A DNA stretch of 64,000 nucleotides from an uncultured Candidatus Rokubacteria bacterium (GCA_963805625.1 CAWDVE010000011.1:32001-96000); one strand, 5' to 3'. Positions 42,534 through 55,429 are shown, counted from the stretch's first letter. Notes: generated by a model from the sequence alone, not told the origin. Translations and numbers: made by a program.

Positions 42534-45387
42534 ATGCTGCTTCGGCTGACCATCGACGCTCGGCCGGTGGAGGTGCCCGAGGGCGCCACGGTGCTCGACG
42601 CCGTGAACCGCCTCGGGATCGCCCTCCCCCAGCTCTGCAAGGATCCCGACCGGGCGCCGCTCGGCGCCTGCCGCACGTGCCTGGTGGAGGTCGAGGGCCA
42701 GCGCGGCTTCCCCGCCTCCTGCCACCTTCCGGCCCGCGACGGGATGACGGTGCGCACGGACACGCCCGGCGTGACGCGGCTCCGGCGGGGCGTCCTCGAT
42801 CTCACGCGCTCCATGCTCGACGGCGGGCGACGGGCGCGACGGCTTCGGCCAGCTCGGCGAGGCGGCGGCGCGCCACGGGCTCGCGGCGCCGACCTGGGCG
42901 CCCCTGCACCGGCACGCCGTCGACGACTCGAAGTCGTTCTTCGTCCTCGACCGCGAGGCCTGCATCCTCTGCGGGCGCTGCACGACCGCCTGCGACGACG
43001 TCCAGCGGATCGGGGCGATCAGCCTCGTGGGCCGGGGCCACGCCGAGCGGGTCGGCGTCTTCGGCGACGGCCTCATGGCGTCGTCGATCTGCACGTCCTG
43101 CGGCCAGTGCGTCGCCACCTGCCCCACCGGCGCGCTCCGCCCGAAGGAGGCGCCGGCCCGGATCGAGCGGCGCGTCGAGACCACCTGCCCCTACTGCGGC
43201 GTCGGCTGCGGCATCGTCAACGCGGTGCGGGACGACGGGCGGCTCGCCGTGATGGCCGACGACGTGCCGGCGAATCGCTCGAGCGAGGGCATGCTCTGCG
43301 TGAAGGGCCGGTTCGGGACGGGCTTCCTCCACGCGAAGGACCGCGTCGTCCGCCCGATGGTCCGGCGGGACGGCCGCTGGGAGCCGGTCTCCTGGGACGA
43401 GGCCCTCGACGCCGCCGCGGCCGGGCTCGCGCGCCACCGCGGGCGCTTCGGGGCGCTCGCCTCGGCCAAGGCGACCAACGAGGACGGCTACCTCATCCAG
43501 AAGCTCTGCCGCGCGTGATGGGCACGAACAACGTCGACCACTGCACGCGCCTCTGCCACTCGCCCTCGGTCGAGGCGATGCTCACGTCGATGGGCTCGGC
43601 GCCACCTCGAACTCGTACGTCGACTACGAGGAGGCCGGCTGCCTCATGATCGTGGGGGCGGACGCGAGCGCGAACCACCCGGTGATCGCGATCCGGCTTC
43701 CGCCGCGCCGACGCGCGCGGGGCGCGGATCGTCGTGGTCAATCCCAAGCGGATCGAGCTCTGCGACTACGCCCACGTCTGGATCCGCCAGCGCCCGGGGA
43801 CCGACGTCGCCCTCTTCAACGCGATGGCGCGGGTGATCCTGGCCGACGGCCTCTGGGACGACGGCTTCGTGCGGGCGCGCACCGAGGGGTTCGACGCCTG
43901 GCGGGCCGCGGTCGAGCCCTACACGCCGGAGCACGCCGAGGCGATCACCGGCGTGCCGGCCGCCGACATCGTCCAGGCCGCCCGCTGGTACGCGCGGCCG
44001 CCCTACGCCGGGTCCTGCCTCATCTGGGGCATGGGCATCACGCAGCACACGAACGGGACCGCGAACGCCCACGCGCTCCTGAACCTGGCGCTCGTCGCCG
44101 GCCAGCTCGGGAAGCCGGGCAACGGCGATCTCGCCGCTCCGCGGCCAGAACAACGTCCAGGGCTGCGGCGACGCGGGGTGCATCCCGACGAACCTCCCGG
44201 GTTACCAGAGCTACGACGCGCGCGACGCTCGCGAAGTTCGAGCGCGCCTGGGGCGTCCGGCCGCCGGCCGAGCCCGGCCTCGTCGTGACGGACATGGTCG
44301 AGGGCTGTCTCGACGGGCGGATCCGCGCGATGTACGTCGTCGGCGAGAACCCCCTCCTGTCGGAGCCCGACCTCCACCACGCGCAGAAGGCCCTCGCCCA
44401 GCTCGACTTCCTCGTCGTCCAGGACCTCTTCCTCCACGAGACGGCGGAGCTCGCCCACGTCTTCCTCCCGGCGGCCGGGTTCGCCGAGAAGGAAGGCACG
44501 TTCACGAACTCCGAGCGGCGGGTCCAGCGCGTGCGGCGGGTGCTCGCCCCGGCCGGGGACGCGCGCCCGGACTGGTGGATCACGGCCGAGCTCGCGAAGC
44601 GCGTCGCGCGGCGGCTCGGCCTCCCCGCGCAGGGCTTCGACTACCCGGACGCCGCGGCGGTGTGGGACGAGATGGCGGGGCTCGTGCCGTTCCTCGCGCG
44701 GGATCTCGCACGCGCGGCTCGACCGGGAGGGCGGGCTCCAGTGGCCGTGCCCGGCGCCGGACCACCCGGGCACCCGCGTACCTCTACGCGGAGAGCTTCT
44801 CGCGCGGCCTCGGGAAGTTCGTGCCGGTCACCCAGGGCGCGGCGGCCGCCGAGCTGCCGGACCCGGACTACCCGTTCGTCCTCAACACCGGGCGGCTCCT
44901 CTACCACTGGCACGGCGGCACGATCACCCGGCGCGTGCCGGGGCTCCTCGAGCTCGAGCCGAGGCTCCGCGTCGCGATCCACCCGCTCGACGCGCGGCGG
45001 CTCCGGCTCCACGACGGCGACCCGGTGCGGGTCACGTCCCGTCGCGGCGAGCTGGAAGGCTACGCGCGCCTCACCGACGACGTGCGGCCGGGCGCGGTCT
45101 TCGTGCCCTTCGTCAAGCTCGCCGAGTCGGCGGCGAACTTCCTGACGAACTCCGCCCACGACCCCACCTCGAAGATCCCCGAGTACAAGGTCTGCGCCGT
45201 CCGCGTCGAGCCCGTGCATGCCGACGCGGACACCCGATCCGCCGCGACCAGCGCGCCCAGGCGCCTGACCGCCGCGCCCCCGGCGCCACGGCCCGGCGCT
45301 CCGCTCACGACTGCCGCGCTCGCGGCCGATCGATCGGGGCTCAGAGCGGGCGGGCGAAGGAGAGCTCGTGCCCGTCCGGGTCCGTGA
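42534..45387 (+). pseudogene. fdhF: Formate dehydrogenase alpha subunit with many frameshifts
   Basis: GACRTC, CILCGRC, CTSCGQC, TCPYCGVGC, LCVKGRF, DHCTRLCH, RGQNNVQG, GTFTNSERRVQ, KIPEYKVCAV spread across frames. Confidence 0.9.
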
Positions 45388-45703
45388 GGTGGAAGTAGCG
45401 CTCGCCCCATTCGGCATCTCGTGGCGAGGCTTCAGGAGCGAGCCCCGCCGCGCGAGCGCGGGCATGGAGTGCGTCCACGTCGTCGACGTGGATGATCACC
45501 CGGCCCCACCAGCTCCAACGGGCCTCCGGCGGCGCCGCAATGAGGTTGAGATAGCCGTCGCCGACGACGAAGGACGTGAACTCCACCGTCTCCCCGCCGC
45601 TCGCCAGGTCGAAGCCGAGCGCACGATAGAAGCGAACGGCGCGCGCCATGTCCCGGGTGGCGAGGGTGACGGCGCTGATCGAGCGGAAGCGCGGGCGGTC
45701 CAC
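45341..45703 (-). CDS. VOC/glyoxalase family protein
   Basis: SAVTLATRDM...FYRALGF, WGERYFHLTDPDGHELS. Confidence 0.9.
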   Translation of the reverse strand: MDRPRFRSISAVTLATRDMARAVRFYRALGFDLASGGETVEFTSFVVGDGYLNLIAAPPEARWSWWGRVIIHVDDVDALHARARAAGLAPEASPRDAEWGERYFHLTDPDGHELSFARPL

Positions 45704-45817
45704 GCGGCATTGTAGCCTCGAGCGAGGCCGACGCGGGCCAGCCACACCGGGCGAATTGAGCTAGGATTGGGCCGCTGACTCCTCGTTCAAACGAACCCGT
45801 CTCCGGAGGGAGGGACC

Positions 45818-46066
45818 ATGGGCCTCATCGTGACCCTGATCATCGGGGGAGTGATCGGATGGCTGGCCAGCCTTCTCATGAAGACTGGCGCCCAGATGGG
45901 CCTCATCGCCAATATCGTCGTCGGGATCATCGGCGCCGTGCTCGGGTTTTGGTTGGCAGGAGCGCTCGGGATCGTGGCGGTGGGCTCGGTGGGCGCCTGG
46001 ATAATCAGCATCTTCGGCGCCGTGGTGCTGCTCGCCATCCTCAAGGCGTTGAACATCTACAAGTAG
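45818..46066 (+). CDS. GlsB/YeaQ/YmgE family membrane protein
   Basis: IIGGVIGWLAS, NIVVGIIGA. Confidence 0.92.
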   Translation: MGLIVTLIIGGVIGWLASLLMKTGAQMGLIANIVVGIIGAVLGFWLAGALGIVAVGSVGAWIISIFGAVVLLAILKALNIYK

Positions 46067-46252
46067 CCCTCCGTCGGCGCGCGATCCCCGGGGTCGACCG
46101 GCCCATGAGCGCATCCTGGGCTCGCTGGGCCGTGGCCTGCTTCTCGGCGGTGTACGCGCACGTCAGCCGCCGCGCTCGCCTCCTGTGCCGAACCCCGCCG
46201 CCACCGGCTCCCGCGCGCTTCAGTCCCGGGGCGATCCGGACCCGTGGCCTGA

Positions 46253-46837
<585 letters not shown>

Positions 46838-46841
46838 GCCG

Positions 46842-48368
<1,527 letters not shown>

Positions 48369-48390
48369 GACCGACGCTCGCGGCTCGGCC

Positions 48391-48430
48391 CTCAGGCCGC
48401 CGGAGGATCCCTCCCCTCCGGCGGCCTGAG
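48391..48430. terminator. Bidirectional hairpin
   Basis: 16-bp perfect stem CTCAGGCCGCCGGAGG / CCTCCGGCGGCCTGAG. Confidence 0.75.
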
Positions 48431-48435
48431 CCGTT

Positions 48436-48930
48436 CTACCCCAGGTAGGCAACGACGAAGATGGCAACCATCGCCAGAACGAGGGCGAGCCGGCCCGCGG
48501 TCCCGAGCAGGAGACCCAGCCAGGCCCCGAGTCCCGCGCGACCGGCCTGCCTCACGTCCCGCCGCGCCATCAGCTCCGCCGCGAACGCGCCGAGGAATGG
48601 GCCGGCCAGAAGCCCCGCGAGGCCGAAGAAAAGTCCGACGACGATGCCCGCCAGTGCGCCGAGGACACCCCACCAGCTCGTCCCGAAGCGCCGGGCCCCG
48701 ACCGCGGTCGCGACGAAGTCCAGCGCGTACGCGGCCAGTGTGAGGACGGCCAGGACGGCGAGGGTCCCCGGACCCACCCGCGCGAACCCGTCGATCCACG
48801 CCGCGAGGACCAGCCCGGCGAGCACCAGGATGGCGCCGGGCAGAGCCGGCAGCACGGTGCCGACGAGGCCAACGAGGACCAGTCCGAGCGCCACGACCCA
48901 GAGGACGAGGGCTCCGGCCGACCCGTCCAT
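48436..48930 (-). CDS. DUF456 family membrane protein
   Basis: GTVLPALPG, GARRFGTS, GPFLGAFAAE. Confidence 0.85.
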   Translation of the reverse strand: MDGSAGALVLWVVALGLVLVGLVGTVLPALPGAILVLAGLVLAAWIDGFARVGPGTLAVLAVLTLAAYALDFVATAVGARRFGTSWWGVLGALAGIVVGLFFGLAGLLAGPFLGAFAAELMARRDVRQAGRAGLGAWLGLLLGTAGRLALVLAMVAIFVVAYLG

Positions 48931-48940
48931 GTCGGGGAGC

Positions 48941-49798
48941 TCAGCCCCGGAGCGGGGTGACGACCTCCTGCCAGAGGCGGCGGACGCCGGCGGCGCTATA
49001 GGGAATCGGACACGTGTAGATGAGGTGGGTCGCCCCCGCCGCGACGAACTCGCGCGAGAGGGCCACCAGCGCGACCGCGCCGTTCTGGAGGGCGTCCGCC
49101 CCGAACTGGATGGAGCGCTCCACGGCCGCCGGGGCGCGGCCAGCCTCCCGGCAGAAACCGTCGAGGAGCTCCGAGAGGCGCCGGAACTCCGCGGGCGTGC
49201 CCTTGGACATGTTCCATTCCTGGGCGTGCCGCGCGACGATCCGGAGGCCGACCTTCTCCCCGCTGGTCCCGATGACGAGGGGCGGATGCGGCCGCTGGAC
49301 CGGCTTCGGCTCGTGGAAGGCCTCCCGCACCTGGTAGTAGGTGCCCTCGACGGTGGTGCGCGGCTCGGTCCAGAGCGCCCGCAGGATCTGGCAGGCCTCC
49401 TCGAGTCGGCGCATGCGCTCGCCGAGCGGCGGAAGCGGGAGCCCGTACTGGCGGTGCTCGTCCTCGTGCCAGCCCGCGCCCAGGCCGACCTCGACGCGTC
49501 CGTGCGACACCACGTCCACCGTGGTCGCGATCTTCGCGAGGACGGCGGGATGGCGGAACGTGTTCGCCGTCACCATGAGGCCGCCTCGGATCCGCCGCGC
49601 CTCGACCAGGAGCGCGGTGAGGATGGTCCACCCCTCGTCCTCGGATTTCGAGTGGTCGTTCTGGTTGAGGAGGTGGTCGTGGGCCCAGGCGGTGTCGAAC
49701 CCGAGGCGGTCGGCCTCGAGCCACGCGTCGCGGATCTCCGCGTAGGTCCCGCTCATCTGGGCGACCTTCAATCCGAACCGGAGGCGTCGTGGGGACAC
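48941..49798 (-). CDS. Luciferase-like (LLM) flavin/F420-dependent oxidoreductase
   Basis: GFDTAWAHDH, FRHPAVLAK, GRVEVGLGAGW, PKPVQRPHPP. Confidence 0.9.
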   Translation of the reverse strand: MSPRRLRFGLKVAQMSGTYAEIRDAWLEADRLGFDTAWAHDHLLNQNDHSKSEDEGWTILTALLVEARRIRGGLMVTANTFRHPAVLAKIATTVDVVSHGRVEVGLGAGWHEDEHRQYGLPLPPLGERMRRLEEACQILRALWTEPRTTVEGTYYQVREAFHEPKPVQRPHPPLVIGTSGEKVGLRIVARHAQEWNMSKGTPAEFRRLSELLDGFCREAGRAPAAVERSIQFGADALQNGAVALVALSREFVAAGATHLIYTCPIPYSAAGVRRLWQEVVTPLRG

Positions 49799-49824
49799 GG
49801 TCGGTCTCCTTTGCGCGGCACCGT

Positions 49825-50619
49825 TCAGGCGCGCGTGATCTGCGAGAGCCCCGGCAGGCGGCCGAGGAAGTTGCCGGTGACGCCACCGTCGACGACCAGG
49901 TCGTGGCCGTTGACGTAGCGGGCATCGGACGAGAGCAGGAATGCGATGGCCGCCGCCATGTCGTCGGGCGTGGCCACGCGTCCGAGCGGCACGAGGGCGT
50001 CCCGCTCGGCGGCGACGCGGGCGTCGGCGTAGATGCGCGCGGTCATCCCGGTGCGTGTCATGCCGGGCGAGACCGCGTTGACGCGGATGCCGTCGGGGCC
50101 GAGCTCCTGTGCGAGGACGCGGACCAGCATGATGACGGCCGCCTTGCTCGGGCCGTAGGCGCCCAGGCCCGCGTGGGCGTGGGTGCCCGACATGGAGCCC
50201 ACCGCCACGATGGCGCCGCCCGAGGCGCGGAGGGCGGGATGCGCCGCCTTCGCGAGAAGCCACGTCGCCCGCGTGTTCACCGCGAAGAGCCGGTCCCAGT
50301 CCTCGACCGTGTACTCGACGAGGGGCCCGGCGCGATTGATGCCGGCGTTGCTGACGAGCCCGTCGAGGCCACCGAAGCGCCGGACCGCCTCGCCCACGGC
50401 CCGCCCGGGCGCGTCCGGCGTCCCCATGTCGCCGTGGATGGGGAGCGCGTCGGCGCCGAGCTCTCGGAGCTCGGCCACCAGACCGTCCAGCTGGGCCGGC
50501 GGCACGACGTCCACCGCCGCCACCCGGGCGGCCCGGCCGGCCAGCTTCGCGTCCCGGGCGAGCCGGACACACGTGGCGCGGCCGATCCCGCTCGCCGCTC
50601 CCGTCACGAGAACACGCAT
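49825..50619 (-). CDS. SDR oxidoreductase
   Basis: TGAASGIG, SNAG, YGPSK. Confidence 0.92.
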   Translation of the reverse strand: MRVLVTGAASGIGRATCVRLARDAKLAGRAARVAAVDVVPPAQLDGLVAELRELGADALPIHGDMGTPDAPGRAVGEAVRRFGGLDGLVSNAGINRAGPLVEYTVEDWDRLFAVNTRATWLLAKAAHPALRASGGAIVAVGSMSGTHAHAGLGAYGPSKAAVIMLVRVLAQELGPDGIRVNAVSPGMTRTGMTARIYADARVAAERDALVPLGRVATPDDMAAAIAFLLSSDARYVNGHDLVVDGGVTGNFLGRLPGLSQITRA

Positions 50620-50662
50620 GAGGTCTCCTTTCCGCCCTGCCGGCCCGAGCAGCTCACGATCG

Positions 50663-51487
50663 TCAGTCGAGCCAGGTCAGGATGGCAGCCGCCAGGGCGC
50701 GCGGGGCGTCGAAGGTCACGTGGTGGTGGGCTCCGGGGATCTCCTCCAGCGCGGCCGAGGGCAGGTCCTTGACCATGCGGCGGGCGATGTCCCGATCGAG
50801 GATCGTGCTGTGCTCACCCCGCACGACGAGCGTCGGCGCAACGATACGCGGGAGGAGCGCCCAGCAGTCGACCGGCATCCGCGTGCGCTCGCACGCCGGA
50901 TCGAAGCGGTAGCGCCACCGCCCCGACGGGAGCCGCACGAGGCCATGGCGGGCGATGGTCCGCAAGAGCGCCGGCGTGGCCGTCGTCTCCGGCGGACGGA
51001 GCCGGAAGCGGACCAGCGCGGCCGCCAGGCTCGGGAACTCGGTCTGGGGGCGAGGCGCCCGACGCTGGAGCGCCCGGAGACGCTCGTAGTTGACGTGGGG
51101 ACGCGCGTCGACGACGACCAGTCGCGCGAGCCGGTCCGGGTGCCAGGCGGCGAACGCCATGGCGTTGTGGCCCCCCATGGAGTGGCCGGCGACGACGACG
51201 TTTTCCAGACCGAGCCCTGCGATCACCCCGGCGAGCTCGGCGGCGAAGTCCTCGCTCCGGTACGCCGGGGGCCTCGGCCACGCGCTCCGCCCGTGCCCCC
51301 GCCAGTCGAGGGCCAGCACGCGAAGGCGCCGCGAGAGGTGAGGCGCTACCGGGTCCCACCAGTGGGCATGGGCAGCGGCACCGTGGAGTGCCAGGAGCGG
51401 CCGGCCGTCACCGCCCCAGTCGCGATAACGAAGCCGCAGGCCGTGGACGGTGACGAAGCGGTCGCGGGGGCGCCGGGGGCCGGGCAT
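50663..51487 (-). CDS. Alpha/beta hydrolase
   Basis: DWRGHG, GHSMGG, GAHHH. Confidence 0.9.
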   Translation of the reverse strand: MPGPRRPRDRFVTVHGLRLRYRDWGGDGRPLLALHGAAAHAHWWDPVAPHLSRRLRVLALDWRGHGRSAWPRPPAYRSEDFAAELAGVIAGLGLENVVVAGHSMGGHNAMAFAAWHPDRLARLVVVDARPHVNYERLRALQRRAPRPQTEFPSLAAALVRFRLRPPETTATPALLRTIARHGLVRLPSGRWRYRFDPACERTRMPVDCWALLPRIVAPTLVVRGEHSTILDRDIARRMVKDLPSAALEEIPGAHHHVTFDAPRALAAAILTWLD

Positions 51488-51890
51488 CCCCGGATTATGC
51501 CGCGAGATGCGACCGGCGGCGCGGAGCCTCTGACGTCAGCGGCACCCGCGTGGCCGCCAGTCAGCGCAGGATGGAGTACTCGACGTGCCACTCGAACGGA
51601 TCGTCGCCGTTCTGGTCGCGGAAGCGCACCAGGAGCTCCCGGTCCCGGGCAAGGTCGACGGTGATCCGCTGGAGGTGATGGTCCCCGTTGGCGCCCAGGC
51701 GAGCAAGGCCAGCGCCGCCGCACGGGCGGCCAGGCCGTCCCGGCCCCGGGCGCTCATCTGCGGACGGCCATGAGTCGATCCGTGAGCATGTGGACGTCGG
51801 GGTAGTGCCACAGCTTAGCCCGAGACGCGACTTGATGTCAGCCGCGGGCGCGCTGTCGTGCGGGGCCTCGACCGAGGCCCCTCATCCGCA

Positions 51891-52157
51891 TCAGCCGTAT
51901 CCTCCGCCGCACGCCGGACACACGGGTGGTACGGGCCGCCGGGAGACAAGGCCGCAGAGGTCGCAGAGGGCGACCTCTTCCGGACCCCCACCGGCCAAGG
52001 GCGGAGCCACGACATCCCGGAAGGTCGACGGCGAGACGGGGGCCTCGGCCGCCGCCGTCGGCACGAAGGCCGGCGCTTGGCTTCCGGGCGCCGTGGCGCT
52101 GTCGGGCCCGACCTCTCGCGGCCCGGCGCCGTCCTGCCCCGTGCGGGTCGAGTTCAC
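51891..52157 (-). CDS. Small protein with C-terminal zinc ribbon
   Basis: CDLC...CPAC. Confidence 0.55.
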   Translation of the reverse strand: MNSTRTGQDGAGPREVGPDSATAPGSQAPAFVPTAAAEAPVSPSTFRDVVAPPLAGGGPEEVALCDLCGLVSRRPVPPVCPACGGGYG

Positions 52158-52162
52158 GCGGG

Positions 52163-52471
52163 CTACGCGACCTCCTCGAGCACGAGCGCCTCATTCTCGG
52201 CTGGCTCGGCCCGCGCGTCGTTAACGCGCGACCACACACGGTAGAGCTCGCCGACCGCCTCCCGCCAGCGCACGAGAGTGACGTCCGCCTCGCAGAGGGC
52301 AGCGTAGAGCGTCCCGACCTCGCGCTCCGCGCGCTCCAGCGCCTCGTGCCACTCGGGGTTCTGCGCGGCCAGGCGCTCGACGCTGCCCGGCCGGTAGCCG
52401 CGCCCCACGGCCCGCGTGACGGCCTCGAGGTCACCGCTCGCCATCGTCTCCAGCAATCCTGTTCGTCTCAT
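52163..52471 (-). CDS. Hypothetical helical protein
   Basis: RBS AAGGAGG, 102-aa ORF. Confidence 0.7.
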   Translation of the reverse strand: MRRTGLLETMASGDLEAVTRAVGRGYRPGSVERLAAQNPEWHEALERAEREVGTLYAALCEADVTLVRWREAVGELYRVWSRVNDARAEPAENEALVLEEVA

Positions 52472-52662
52472 CGGTTGCCTCCTTCCCTCACTTACTGCGC
52501 TTGCCCTGCTCCCATCCTCCGTTCTCAGCGTTGGATGGTAACATCTGTTTAGTATCGCGGCAATCCGCTACATCTTGTAGACAAGCAATCGCGATGCCAC
52601 GACTGAATGTACTGGAGCCGGTTTCACCCGCGCGGTGGTCGTCGTCGTACCCTTGTGGGGCC

Positions 52663-53874
52663 ATGGCGCCCACCCCCACGTCGACCGTCTGGCTCGTCTT
52701 CGCGGCCAAGGCGGTGCGCACCTTCTGCTACGGCTATCTCGGGATCCTCCTCCCGCTCCACCTCGCCGCCCTGGGCCTCGGCGCCGGCGGAATCGGGGTG
52801 GCCGTGACGCTGACGCTCGGCGCCAGCGCGCTCCTTACCCTGCTGATCCGGCGCCCGGCCGAGCGCCGCGGGGGCCGCGCCGTCCTTGTCGCGCTCGCGT
52901 GCCTCGTCATGGGAGCGGGGGTGCTCCTCGCGACGGCGCGTGCGCCCGCGCTGGTCGTGCTGGCCGCGATGCTCGGCAACGTGGCCGTCAGCACGGGAGA
53001 GACGGGGCCGTTCCTGTCGATCGAGCAGGTGCTGGTGGCACGGGCCGCCGCCGGGCGCGATCTCACGCTCCGGATGAGCCTCTACAACCTCGTCGGCTAC
53101 GTCGCCTCCGGGCTTGGCGCGCTGGCCGTCGCCGCCTTGCCAGGCGGGGGACACGCGGACGGCGCGGGCCCCGCAGGGTACGGCATCCTCTTCTGGCTCT
53201 TCGCGGTCTCGGGCGGCGTCCAGGCCCTCCTCTACGCGCGACTGCCGGACATCCCCGTACGGCCGCCCGTGGCCGGCGCCCAGCGCTTCCCGTCGCGCCG
53301 CCTCGTCTACCGCATCGCCGCGCTCTTTGCGCTCGACTCGTTCGCGGGCGGCTTCGTCCTCCAGAGCCTCCTGGTCTACTGGCTCTACGCGCACTTCGCG
53401 CTCACTCCGGCCGGCATCGGCACCGTGTTTTCCGCGGCCCAACTGCTCACGGCCTGCTCGGTCCTGCTCGCGGTCCGGGCCTCGCACTGGTTCGGGCTCG
53501 TGAACACGATGGTGTTCTCCCACCTCGCCTCGAACGTCCTCCTGGTCGCCATGGGGCTCGCGCCGACGGCGGGCCTGGCGGTGGCGCTCCTGCTCCTGCG
53601 GGCGCTGCTCTCGCAGATGGACGTCCCCACCCGCCAGGCGTTCCTGATGCTGGTCGTGCACGATGACGAGCGGGAGGCGACGGCGACCGTGACCAACGCG
53701 GGCCGGACCGTGGCGCAGGCGGTGAGCCCGGCGCTGACCGGCTACGTCATGCAGGCGGTGTCGCTGTCCGCGCCCTTCGTCCTCGGGGGCGTGCTGAAGA
53801 TCGTGTACGACCTCCTGCTCTACCAGACTTGCCAGCGGGTGGTGCCGGTCAGCGCGCGCGAGCGCGCGGGCTGA
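52663..53874 (+). CDS. MFS transporter
   Basis: About 12 TM helices; ETGPFLSIEQ, LDSFAGGF, SQMDVPTRQ. Confidence 0.92.
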   Translation: MAPTPTSTVWLVFAAKAVRTFCYGYLGILLPLHLAALGLGAGGIGVAVTLTLGASALLTLLIRRPAERRGGRAVLVALACLVMGAGVLLATARAPALVVLAAMLGNVAVSTGETGPFLSIEQVLVARAAAGRDLTLRMSLYNLVGYVASGLGALAVAALPGGGHADGAGPAGYGILFWLFAVSGGVQALLYARLPDIPVRPPVAGAQRFPSRRLVYRIAALFALDSFAGGFVLQSLLVYWLYAHFALTPAGIGTVFSAAQLLTACSVLLAVRASHWFGLVNTMVFSHLASNVLLVAMGLAPTAGLAVALLLLRALLSQMDVPTRQAFLMLVVHDDEREATATVTNAGRTVAQAVSPALTGYVMQAVSLSAPFVLGGVLKIVYDLLLYQTCQRVVPVSARERAG

Positions 53875-54649
53875 ATCGGAGGAGCAGGCGGTCGACGAGG
53901 CCGGGCGCGAGGGCGTTCACGAGGAACAGGAGCCGCGCCGGCGGATACGGGTGCACCTCGGCGCGGGGGCGGCGCAGCCCCCGCACGATCGCGCGGGCGA
54001 CGTGCTCGGCGCTCTGGATGGGCCCGCCCCGCCCGGAGACCCCCAGGCGGTTCGCCTCGACCTCGTGGAACTCCGTCGCGGTGCCGATCGGGCAGACGCA
54101 CGTCACGTGGATCCCCGTCCCGAGAAGCTCCATCCGGAGCGCCTCCGAGAAGCCCACCAGCGCGAACTTCGACGCGACGTACGCCGCGCGGAACGGGCTC
54201 GCGCGCTTCCCGACCACGGAGGCGACGTTGACGATGTGGCCCCCGCCCTGGCGCCGCATGTGCGGGAGCGCCGCCAGCACGCCGTGGACCGCGCCGAGGT
54301 AGTTGACGCGGACGAGTCGCTCGAACTCCGCCGGCGTCGTCTGCTCCACCGTCGCGAGGATCCCGACACCCGCGTTGTTCACGAGGACGTCCAGCCGGCC
54401 CCACGCGGCGACGGTGCCATCGATCAGCGCCCGGACGGCGGCCTCGTCGGCGACGTCGGTGGAAACGACGCGCGCATCGCCACCGGCCGCTGTCACGTCG
54501 GCGGCGACGGTGGCCAGCCGATCCGCGCGCCGGGCCGCCAGCACGACGCGCATCCCAGCGCGCCCGCACGCGACGGCCGTGGCGGCGCCGATCCCGCTCG
54601 AGGCGCCGGTGATGACGACGACACGGCCGGCCAGATCGCGCGACTTCAC
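53849..54649 (-). CDS. SDR oxidoreductase
   Basis: TGASSGIG, NNAG, YVASK. Confidence 0.92.
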   Translation of the reverse strand: MKSRDLAGRVVVITGASSGIGAATAVACGRAGMRVVLAARRADRLATVAADVTAAGGDARVVSTDVADEAAVRALIDGTVAAWGRLDVLVNNAGVGILATVEQTTPAEFERLVRVNYLGAVHGVLAALPHMRRQGGGHIVNVASVVGKRASPFRAAYVASKFALVGFSEALRMELLGTGIHVTCVCPIGTATEFHEVEANRLGVSGRGGPIQSAEHVARAIVRGLRRPRAEVHPYPPARLLFLVNALAPGLVDRLLLRFSPRARAR

Positions 54650-54733
54650 GCATGCTACTCTAGGCGGGCCGGTGAGTGCGTCAAGCGCGCTTCGCGCCGG
54701 CGTCACCGGTCACGCCGACCCACGGGAGGCCGC

Positions 54734-55357
54734 ATGTCCCTCGCCGCCGAGTTCGCCAAGCTCTCGCCCACGAGCATCGCCGACGCGCTGACCCGCGACC
54801 GGGTGATGGACATCGGCATCCGGCCCCTCTGGCCCGGGATGCCCCGGGTCGCCGGCCCCGCCTACACCGTCCGCTGCGCCCCCGGCGACAACCTCATGGT
54901 GCACGCGGCGATCTACCGGGCGGCGCCGGGCGACGTCATCGTCGTCGAGGCCGGCGATGTGACTTACGCGGTCGCCGGCGGCAACGTGTGCGCCATCGCC
55001 CAGCGGCGCGGCGTGGCGGCGTTCGTGGTGGACGGGGTGATCCGCGACGTGGCCGAAGCGCGGGAGCGCGGCTTCGCCGTCCTGGCCCGCGGCGTCATCC
55101 CCATCCCGGGGGCCAAGGACACGCTGGGCGCCCTCGGCGGGCCGGTGCGGGTCGGCGGCGTGGACGTGCGGCCGGGCGACGTCGTCGTGGGCGACGAGGA
55201 GGGCGTCGTCGTCGTGCCGGTCGCCCGCGCGGCGGCGGTCCTCGAGGCGGCGCGGGCCCGCGCCGAGAAGGACGCCGCCACGTCCCTCGACGCGTGGGAG
55301 AAGGCCCACCGCGCGCGGATCGAGGAGACGCTCCGCCAGAAGGGCTTCGCGGGCTAG
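54734..55357 (+). CDS. RraA / HMG aldolase family protein
   Basis: GDNL, DGVIRD, PGDVVVGDEEGVVVVP. Confidence 0.9.
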   Translation: MSLAAEFAKLSPTSIADALTRDRVMDIGIRPLWPGMPRVAGPAYTVRCAPGDNLMVHAAIYRAAPGDVIVVEAGDVTYAVAGGNVCAIAQRRGVAAFVVDGVIRDVAEARERGFAVLARGVIPIPGAKDTLGALGGPVRVGGVDVRPGDVVVGDEEGVVVVPVARAAAVLEAARARAEKDAATSLDAWEKAHRARIEETLRQKGFAG

Positions 55358-55360
55358 CTC

Positions 55361-55429
55361 GGGGTCAGACTTTGACTTCTCAACAATCCGCGACCTCCGC
55401 CCGATGTTGAGAAGTCAAAGTCTGACCCC
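55361..55429. repeat. REP/MITE-like 25-bp perfect inverted repeat
   Basis: GGGGTCAGACTTTGACTTCTCAACA-19 nt-TGTTGAGAAGTCAAAGTCTGACCCC. Confidence 0.85.

Noticed and set aside
43540-43565. Selenocysteine recoding in formate dehydrogenase
   Set aside because: The active-site codon is TGC (Cys); the breaks are indels, not in-frame TGA.
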